NCBI RefSeq assembly: GCF_963526355.1
Contig: NZ_CAUROW010000008.1
Location: forward strand, 4,959-68,958
Direction: 5' to 3'
Length of the DNA stretch: 64,000 nucleotides
From: an uncultured Actinomyces sp.
GTDB taxonomy: Bacteria > Actinomycetota > Actinomycetes > Actinomycetales > Actinomycetaceae
Below the pieces are notes generated by a model. That model made no database searches, was not told where the DNA came from, and worked only from the letters and a program-made list of their open reading frames with translations. The position numbers and the translations under genes were made by a program. Positions 56,953-64,000 of the stretch are shown here, piece by piece. Position 1 is the first letter of the stretch. The number at the start of each line of letters is the position of its first letter.

Positions 56953-58065
56953 TCAGTAGTCCATGTGCATAGCGATGCGGACGTCGTTGAGTGTCTTCTC
57001 GGCGACCTCATTGGCCCGGGTGTTGCCCTGCCCCAGGACCTCCAGGAGATAGTCCTCGTTGGCGGCCAGCTCGACTCGCCGAGCCCGGATGGGGGCGAAG
57101 AACTCGTTGACGGCCTCCGTGGTGATCTTCTTGAGCGCGCCCGCACCGCCGTCGCCGATGCGCTCGGCGATTTCCTCGGGCGTGCCCGCACCGCACAGGG
57201 AGGCCAGCATCAGCAGGTTGGCCACCTCTGGGCGCCCGTCCGGGTCGTAGGTGATGACGCGCTCGGAGTCCGTCTTGGCCTTCTTGAGAAGCTTGGCGGT
57301 CTCGTCGGCGCTCATGCGGAGCTCGATCGTGTTGTGCCGCGACTTGCTCATCTTCTCCCCGTCCAGGCCCAGCAGCATCGGGGCCTGGCTGAGCAGGGCC
57401 TCGGGGCGGCGGAAGACCGGGTGGTCCTTGACGGCCCGTCCGTAGCGCTTGTCGAAGCGTTGAGCGATGAGCCGGGCCTGTTCCAGGTGCGGGAGCTGGT
57501 CCTTGCCCACGGGGACAAGGTTGGCCTGGCAGAAGAGGATGTCGGTGGCCTGGTGGACCGGGTAGGTGAGCAGTAGACCGCTCATGGCGCGTCCGTCAGT
57601 GGCCTCCAGCTCGGACTTCACCGTCGGGTTGCGGTGGAGCTCGGACTCGGTGACCAGCGACAGGAAGGGCAGCATCAACTGGTTCTGGGCCGGGACCGCA
57701 GAGTGGGCGAAGATCGTCGAGCGCTGCGGGTCCACGCCCACAGCCAGGGCGTCAGTGACCAGGGACAGAACGCGTTCGCGGAGGGGACCGACGCCATCGC
57801 GGTCGGTGATGACCTGGTAGTCGGCCACGAGGATCCAGGTGTCCACGCCCGCGTCCTGGATCGTCTTCCAGGAATGCATGGTGCCGAAGTAGTGGCCCAG
57901 GTGCATGTTCCCGGTGGGGCGCACCCCGGTGAACATCCGGTAGCGGTCGGGGTTGACGGCGATATCGGCCTCGATCTCGGCGGAGCGGGCGATCGATCGG
58001 GCCAGCGAGGCGTCATTGGTGGCGTTGGCCAGGGTCTCCTCGGCCGCGGTGGGGGTCTGAGTCAT
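56953..58065 (-). CDS. trpS: Tryptophanyl-tRNA synthetase
   Basis: GVRPTGNMHLGHY (HIGH), YPVHQATDI, VPVGKDQLPHLE, KMSKS. Confidence 0.96.
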   Translation of the reverse strand: MTQTPTAAEETLANATNDASLARSIARSAEIEADIAVNPDRYRMFTGVRPTGNMHLGHYFGTMHSWKTIQDAGVDTWILVADYQVITDRDGVGPLRERVLSLVTDALAVGVDPQRSTIFAHSAVPAQNQLMLPFLSLVTESELHRNPTVKSELEATDGRAMSGLLLTYPVHQATDILFCQANLVPVGKDQLPHLEQARLIAQRFDKRYGRAVKDHPVFRRPEALLSQAPMLLGLDGEKMSKSRHNTIELRMSADETAKLLKKAKTDSERVITYDPDGRPEVANLLMLASLCGAGTPEEIAERIGDGGAGALKKITTEAVNEFFAPIRARRVELAANEDYLLEVLGQGNTRANEVAEKTLNDVRIAMHMDY

Positions 58066-58123
58066 GGCCTCATCCTAGGGGGTGCGGTTATCAGGCCTTG
58101 ACGGTGGCGGTTCGATCCGTGCC

Positions 58124-59851
58124 TCAGTCGTCAGCGGGCTGGGTGGCCAGGGCCCGCTCCAGCTCCTGACGGGCCTGAGTCATGCGCTCGGGTGTGAACG
58201 AGTCGTCGTGGCTGATGAGGGCCAGCCCGTCCAGGATCTCTGAGCCGTAGCGATGCCCGTGCCCCTCGGGCACATTCATTGCTCGAGGAATATCCGCAGT
58301 CACCTGAAGGAAGGTGATACAGGGCATCCAGCGCATCGCGGGGGAGCGGTCAGCCCCCGGTAGCTCCAGCAACCAGTCAGGGCTTTCTCGGATCAGGCTC
58401 GGTGACCACCACACCACCGGGTCGCTTGCGTGCTGGATGTACAGGATTCGTTGTTCGCTCCAGGACGCGTCACCCGCGAAGGAGCGCAAATCCTCCTCGT
58501 CCTGAGCGAAGCGAGCCGTCAAGCCCGCAGAGTAGGTGGGATCCACTTCTCGCGTGCCGGGGTCGCGCCGCGCCACCAGGTCGCGCCATAACCGTGAGGA
58601 GTTTGGCGGTCCCACCCACAGGACGCCGTCGACCGAGTCCAGGACGTCTGCCAAGTCGTCGAAGGCGGCCTCGCCGGCCAGGACCCCCATCGACTCCCCG
58701 TACAACAGCAGCCGGGGACGACCCCCCTCTGGAAGCGTCTTCCACCAGGAGACGACCGCGTTCACCAATGCCTTGCCCGAGGCCCGTGCCTTGTCGGTAT
58801 CGGCGATGAACTGCACGATTGAGGGCAGGTAGGAGTACTGGGCGGCGGCGATCGCCGTGTCGCCGTCGTACAGCACCTCTAAAGACAGGGCGGCTACCGG
58901 ATCCACCCATCCGGTCCCCGTCGTCGGAGCGATCATGATCGCCGAACGGGAGGCCGCCCCGGTGCGCTTGAGCTCGTCAACGACCAGTGCGGCGCGCGCA
59001 TCATCGTTACTGGCGCTCTCCAGTCCTGCGTAGACGCGAATCGGCTCACTGGCAGGTCGGGAGGTCACCTCTTCAAGTCTCTGAGCGCTCAGGCCTCGAC
59101 CCACGAAGCGCTTGCCGTAGGCCCCCAGAGTCTCCCAGGCCACGAGGGAGTCCGGTGATCCTGAGCGCTCGGCCGCCGCCGGCCGTGGCGTCGAGGGCGG
59201 ATCGGTGCTGTTGCGCACGGAGAAGGCCGACTCGGCAGCCCGGGTGATGATGCCCGGAATCGCCTGGTTGACTAGGGTGAAAATCAGCGCCAGCACGATG
59301 ATCCAGGAGGATACCGACCGCACCAGTAATGGCAGCCGCTGGGGCAGCAGCCGTCGCAACCAGGTCTCCAGACGCAGAAAGCCTCGTCCCACCATTACCA
59401 AGGCCGTCCAGATGCCGAACCCCACCGGAAAGACCAGCAGGTACTGCACAGGCGTATAGGCGCGGGAATCAGTCAGCTCGGCAATCTGCTGCTGCCAGTG
59501 CACTGCCCGCAGCAGGATCGCGTTGAGGCCCACCACCATGACGATAGTCAGGGTGACCTCCACACGCCGCTTCCACCGGGACGCCCAGGACGGAAGGCTC
59601 CGACCGCTGGCCTCCCACAGGACTCGTACCACCGCGCTCACCCAGGTGCGCCAGTTCCATGACAACCACACCCCCAACAGGTAACCAGTCGCCGCACTGA
59701 CCCCGCTGGCCGCCCCCTGGAAGAAGATGTCGCGGGGGATGAGCGAGGGTGTCAGTGCCAGGACGAAGAACACTGAGCCCAGAACCAGACCTGCTGGGTT
59801 TGGACGAAGCCGGTCCCAGGCGTTTTCAACAGAAGGTGAAAAAAACGGCAT
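58124..59851 (-). CDS. Membrane-anchored alpha/beta-hydrolase (Abhydrolase_9-like)
   Basis: LTPSL, PTTGTGWVD, QYSYLPS, YGESMG nucleophile elbow, QHASDPVVWW, GHGHRY. Confidence 0.88.
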   Translation of the reverse strand: MPFFSPSVENAWDRLRPNPAGLVLGSVFFVLALTPSLIPRDIFFQGAASGVSAATGYLLGVWLSWNWRTWVSAVVRVLWEASGRSLPSWASRWKRRVEVTLTIVMVVGLNAILLRAVHWQQQIAELTDSRAYTPVQYLLVFPVGFGIWTALVMVGRGFLRLETWLRRLLPQRLPLLVRSVSSWIIVLALIFTLVNQAIPGIITRAAESAFSVRNSTDPPSTPRPAAAERSGSPDSLVAWETLGAYGKRFVGRGLSAQRLEEVTSRPASEPIRVYAGLESASNDDARAALVVDELKRTGAASRSAIMIAPTTGTGWVDPVAALSLEVLYDGDTAIAAAQYSYLPSIVQFIADTDKARASGKALVNAVVSWWKTLPEGGRPRLLLYGESMGVLAGEAAFDDLADVLDSVDGVLWVGPPNSSRLWRDLVARRDPGTREVDPTYSAGLTARFAQDEEDLRSFAGDASWSEQRILYIQHASDPVVWWSPSLIRESPDWLLELPGADRSPAMRWMPCITFLQVTADIPRAMNVPEGHGHRYGSEILDGLALISHDDSFTPERMTQARQELERALATQPADD

Positions 59852-59881
59852 CGGGCACTAGCCTATGACGTGAGCGGTGGT

Positions 59882-62257
59882 CTACCGAGCTGCGACCTGC
59901 CCACACCGGTCAGTCTTGGCGCCCGCCGTCAGGCTCTCCAAGGGTTCGCCTGAGAAGTAGACCCGCAGGGACAGCGGTTCCAGCGTCGTCGTGTCCCAGG
60001 GGCGGTCCTGGTGGCAGTCCGTGAGGCTCTCGGCGGTGTGACCGTCGGGGTCGTCGGTCTCGACTGGAGCGTCCGCCTCCGTACTCTGCGGGCGGCTGAC
60101 ACGACGCGCCTGGGAGAAGGGGGCCGTGTGGGGCTGGGGGACCGCCCAGGTCGAGTCCCAGGCCAGGTGCCAGTCGGTGCCGCGGCCATCGGGCAGGACG
60201 ACGTCGACCTGGTCCAGGGCTCCATTGATGACCACGAGCATGTCGTCGTCGTTCCAAGGGTGGCCCGAGCGCAGCATCTGGATCACGCGAGTGTGCGGAT
60301 CGTGCCAGGAGTCCCCGTCCATCGGTGCGGCGTCGGCCCGGTACCAGGCCAGGTCGGGGATCGTGTCTCCCTGAAGGACCTGCCCGGTCGCGAAGCGCGA
60401 GGGGCGCGCCACCGGGTGGGTCTGGCGCAAGTGGATGAGGAAGCGTGTCGTGGCGACCAGATCGCGCTGCCAGACCTCCAGGTTCCAGTCCACCCACGAC
60501 AGCACCGAGTCCTGGCAGTAGCAGTTGTTGTTGCCCTGCTGGGTGCGCCCCATCTCGTCGCCGGCCACCAGCATGGGGGTCCCGGCGCTCAGCAGCACAG
60601 TGGCCAGCAGGTTGCGCATCGACCTGCGGCGCAGCACCTCGATCGGTCCACCGTTGATGCCCTCGACGACGTCTCCCTCGAAGCCGTGGTTCCAGGAGCG
60701 GTTGTTGGAGTTGCCGTCGCGGTTGTCCTCCTTGTTGGCCAGATTGTGCTTGTGGTCGTAGACCACCAGGTCGCGCAGGGTGAAACCGTCGTGGGCCGCC
60801 ACGAAGTTGATCGAGCCCAGCGGGCCGCGACCGCCGGGGAACTCCCCGTGGCTGAACAGGTCCGCGCTGCCCGACAGGCGCGTGGCCAGGTCCCGCAGGT
60901 CCGAGCCCAGACGTCCCTTCGAGATCTCCGAGGCGTCGTGCAGCCAGAAGGAGCGCGTGGTGTCGCGGAAGTGGTCGTTCCAGTCCTGGAAGGGCTCGGG
61001 GAACTGGCCGGTGCGCCAGCCGCCGGGCCCCACGTCCCAGGGCTCGCTGATGAGCTTGACGGTGCTGAGCACCGGGTCCGTGGCGATCGCCGTGAGCAGC
61101 GGGTGACGCGGCGAGAACTCCGCGGCATGGCGACCCAGGGCGGTGGCCAGGTCGAAGCGGAAGCCGTCGACGCCGACCTCGGTGACCCAGTAGCGCAGCG
61201 AGTCCAGGACCAGTCGGATCGCACCCGTGGCCCGGAAGTCCACCGTGTTGCCGGTGCCGGTGACGTCCATGTACTGCGCCGGCAGGTAGGGGGCGTGCAG
61301 GTAGTAGTCCAGGTTGTCCAGGCCGCGCAGGCTCAAGGAGGGGCCGTCGACACCGCCCTCGCAGGTGTGGTTGTAGACGACGTCGAGCACGACCTCCAGG
61401 CCGGCCTCGTGGAGCATGGAGACCATGCCGCGCACCTCGTCCAGGACCGCCTGTGGGCCGGCCGCACGCGCCGCGGCCGTGGCGTAGGAGGGCTCGGGCG
61501 CGAAGTAGCTCAGCGTGGAGTAGCCCCAGTAGTTGCTCAGGCCCCGCTTGGTCAGGAAGGGCTCGCTCACCGAGGCGTGGATCGGCAGCAGCTCGATCGT
61601 GGTGATCCCCAGGGCCTTGAGGTGCTCGACCGTCACCGAGTGGGCCAGCCCCGCGTAGGTGCCGCGCAGCTCCTCGGGCACCCCGGGCAGCTGATAGGTC
61701 AGGCCCTTGACGTGGGCCTCGTAGATGACGGCGCGCTCGCGGGGCACACGCGGGCCCGGAACCACCGGGAAGGTGTCACCGGTGACAACGCCGACGGCGG
61801 TGCTGCCGGCAGAGTCCAGGCGCGAGGGCCTCCACGGCTCGGCCGCAGGGACCAGGTCGTCGGTGACCTCGTGGGCGTAGACGGCCGGCCCCAGGTCGAC
61901 ATGGCCGTCCAGGGCCCGGGCGTAGGGGTCCAGCAGCAGCTTGCGGGGGTTGTAGAGCAGGCCCTCGTGCGGGTTCCAGGGGCCGTGGGCGCGGTAGCCG
62001 TAGCGCTGACCGGCACCGACGCCGGGGACGTGCGCGCTCCACAGGCCCCGCGAGGGCCCGTGCATCCCGATCCGGGTCTCCTCCACTACGGCGCCGTCGG
62101 CATCCGTGGTCAGCAGGCACAGGTCCATGGCCGTGGCGTGCGGGGCGTGAACCGCGAAGTCCGCGCCGTCTCCGTTCAGGGTGACGCCCAGCCCGTGGTC
62201 AGGAGCTGCGGGCAGGTCGGCGCGCGGTGCTGGAGCGGGCTCTGGCGTCGAAGGCAT
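59882..62257 (-). CDS. glgX: Glycogen debranching enzyme (isoamylase)
   Basis: LLDPYA, YEAHVKG, NYWGY, DVVYNHT, DGFRFDLA, EPWDVG, HDGFTLRD; start taken at MPSTPE (alternative 62293). Confidence 0.96.
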   Translation of the reverse strand: MPSTPEPAPAPRADLPAAPDHGLGVTLNGDGADFAVHAPHATAMDLCLLTTDADGAVVEETRIGMHGPSRGLWSAHVPGVGAGQRYGYRAHGPWNPHEGLLYNPRKLLLDPYARALDGHVDLGPAVYAHEVTDDLVPAAEPWRPSRLDSAGSTAVGVVTGDTFPVVPGPRVPRERAVIYEAHVKGLTYQLPGVPEELRGTYAGLAHSVTVEHLKALGITTIELLPIHASVSEPFLTKRGLSNYWGYSTLSYFAPEPSYATAAARAAGPQAVLDEVRGMVSMLHEAGLEVVLDVVYNHTCEGGVDGPSLSLRGLDNLDYYLHAPYLPAQYMDVTGTGNTVDFRATGAIRLVLDSLRYWVTEVGVDGFRFDLATALGRHAAEFSPRHPLLTAIATDPVLSTVKLISEPWDVGPGGWRTGQFPEPFQDWNDHFRDTTRSFWLHDASEISKGRLGSDLRDLATRLSGSADLFSHGEFPGGRGPLGSINFVAAHDGFTLRDLVVYDHKHNLANKEDNRDGNSNNRSWNHGFEGDVVEGINGGPIEVLRRRSMRNLLATVLLSAGTPMLVAGDEMGRTQQGNNNCYCQDSVLSWVDWNLEVWQRDLVATTRFLIHLRQTHPVARPSRFATGQVLQGDTIPDLAWYRADAAPMDGDSWHDPHTRVIQMLRSGHPWNDDDMLVVINGALDQVDVVLPDGRGTDWHLAWDSTWAVPQPHTAPFSQARRVSRPQSTEADAPVETDDPDGHTAESLTDCHQDRPWDTTTLEPLSLRVYFSGEPLESLTAGAKTDRCGQVAAR

Positions 62258-62460
62258 GGGCCCATTGTCCTGGCGGCCGCTGGTTGCTACCACTTGAAGG
62301 GAAGTGAGGTCTCCCTCGTGGGAGTGCGCCCCGTCGCGTTTAGCCGACCCGCCGTGACTGCCTCGTCATCATCGCGTCGTCTTCATCCCTGTCCTGACGC
62401 CGTGTCAGGGTGACTGAGCGCTCAGTGGCGAGATGCCGCTGTTATGGCAACCTTGAGCCC

Positions 62461-63219
62461 ATGAGAATCGTGGTCTGCATCAAGCACGTTCCCGACGTCC
62501 AGTCCGAGCGTCGCATCGAGGACGGTCGCCTCGTGCGCGGCGAGGAGGACGTCCTCAACGAGCTCGACGAGAACGCCGTCGAGGCCGCCGTCGCCCTGGC
62601 CGAGGAGGCCGACGGCGAGGTCATCGCCCTGACCATGGGACCCGAGGACGCTGAGGACGGGGTGCGTCGCGCCCTGCAGATGGGGGCCGACTCCGGGGTC
62701 GTCGTCGCCGCCGACGACCTGGCCGGCGCCGACGTCGTCACCACCGCCCGGGTCCTGGCCGCCGCCATCGAGCGCATCGGCGAGGTCGACCTGGTCGTCA
62801 CCGGGATGGCCTCCCTGGACTCCCTGACCTCCATGCTTCCCGGCGCCCTGGCCGCCGCCCTGCACCTTCCGGCCCTGACGCTGGCCAACCACCTCGAGGT
62901 CGACGGTGGTGCCGTGACCGTCACTCGCACCGTGGGCACCGTCCGCGAGGTCGTCAGCGCTCCGCTGCCCGCACTCGTCAGCGTCACCGACCAGGCCAAC
63001 GAGCCCCGCTACCCCAACTTCGCCGCCATGCGCGCCGCGAAGAAGAAGCCCATCGACTTTTGGGACACCTCCGATCTCGGCCTTCAGGTCACCGACCCGG
63101 CCGTGAGAATCGTTGAGGACGAGGCCCGGCCCGCTCGCGAGGCCGGCATCATCCGTACCGACGCCGGAGAGGCGGGCCGCGAGCTCGCCACCTGGCTCGT
63201 GGAGAACAAGCTCGTCTGA
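62461..63219 (+). CDS. etfB: Electron transfer flavoprotein beta subunit
   Basis: MRIVVCIKHVPD, NELDENAVEAA, ALQMGAD, NEPRYP. Confidence 0.95.
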   Translation: MRIVVCIKHVPDVQSERRIEDGRLVRGEEDVLNELDENAVEAAVALAEEADGEVIALTMGPEDAEDGVRRALQMGADSGVVVAADDLAGADVVTTARVLAAAIERIGEVDLVVTGMASLDSLTSMLPGALAAALHLPALTLANHLEVDGGAVTVTRTVGTVREVVSAPLPALVSVTDQANEPRYPNFAAMRAAKKKPIDFWDTSDLGLQVTDPAVRIVEDEARPAREAGIIRTDAGEAGRELATWLVENKLV

Positions 63220-63319
63220 CGGCCGGCCGCAGCGCCCGCTCACGTCTCCCGGCAGGGGTGCTGGACGCCGCAGCGCCAGCCCGTCCGCCTCATACCACTC
63301 GCGAAAGAAGCTGATTCAC

Positions 63320-64000
63320 GTGCTCGATGCCCCCCTTCTCGTCCTCGTCGACCTCGAGACCACCGAGGCCGCCCCCACCGGTCCCAGCCTGGAGCTGCTC
63401 ACCGCCGCCCGGGAGCTGACCGGCGGCGACGTCGTCGCCCTGACCCTTCAGCCCCTCGCCGAGCCGGTCTCCACTGCCCTGTCCGGTGCAGGAGCCACCC
63501 GCCTGCTGACCGCCGACCTGGGCGAGTCCGCCCACCTCCCGGCCTTCGGGGCCGACGCCGTGGTGGCGGCCGTCGGCACCGTCCGACCCGCGGCGGTCCT
63601 GGTCGTCTCCGACTACCGCGGTAAGGAGCTGGCCGGGCGAGCCGCCGTCCTGCTCGGCTCGGCCTGCGTCTCCGACGTCACCGCCCTGGAGGCCTCTGGT
63701 AGCGGAAGCGACTCTGAGCTGCGCGCCTCCAAGCTGGTTCTGTCCGGCTCCTGGTCCACTACCGCCAGCGTCGGCTCGGGCGGTGGCGCTCCGATCATCG
63801 CCGTGCGTCCCGGGATCGCAGAGGTCGCCGCAGCCGAGGGCGCGCCCCTGACAGCCGAGCCCCTCGAGGTTCCTGTCAGCGCAGAGACCGCCGCCGTGCG
63901 CCTCGTCTCACGTGAGACCGCCTCCGTCGCCTCCGGTCCCGCCCTGAGTGAGGCGCGCACCGTCGTCGTGGGCGGCCGCGGCGTGGACGGAGACTTCGAC
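63320..64000 (+). CDS. etfA: Electron transfer flavoprotein alpha subunit (runs off window)
   Basis: Translated by hand from GTG 63320: VLDAPLLVLVD..SLELLTAAR..GKELAGRAA..LSEARTVVVGGRGV; follows etfB. Confidence 0.92.
   Translation, partial: MLDAPLLVLVDLETTEAAPTGPSLELLTAARELTGGDVVALTLQPLAEPVSTALSGAGATRLLTADLGESAHLPAFGADAVVAAVGTVRPAAVLVVSDYRGKELAGRAAVLLGSACVSDVTALEASGSGSDSELRASKLVLSGSWSTTASVGSGGGAPIIAVRPGIAEVAAAEGAPLTAEPLEVPVSAETAAVRLVSRETASVASGPALSEARTVVVGGRGVDGDFD

Overview
High-GC actinobacterial chromosome segment. Gene content and order suggest an Actinomyces-like oral actinomycete (inference). It is mostly housekeeping: GH13 glucosidase (partial), nitroreductase, ClC channel, a tandem-duplicated eukaryote-type 6-phosphofructokinase, sucCD, purH with a ZTP riboswitch, transporters, mdh, a sugar ABC system, a FilP/DivIVA-like protein, trpS, etfBA, and the alpha-glucan/trehalose genes glgP, glgB, mak, treS, glgE and glgX. 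The standout is a ~12.5 kb lower-GC insert (~38.5-51.07 kb) between maltokinase and glgB. It encodes a translationally coupled two-gene PUFA-synthase-like iterative type I PKS (FabK-like ER-KS-AT-ACP-KR plus KS-AT-DH-PPTase). It carries its own PPTase but has no visible release, tailoring, transport or mobility genes, and it has a ~1.1 kb non-coding upstream region with repeats and hairpins. Other points of interest: a PrsW/nuclease-fold fusion with apparently dead active sites where purN usually sits, paired AACGYY-loop hairpins in a sugar-transporter leader, a 46-aa unannotated membrane peptide and many likely leaderless genes. All calls come from reading motifs by eye; no database search was run.
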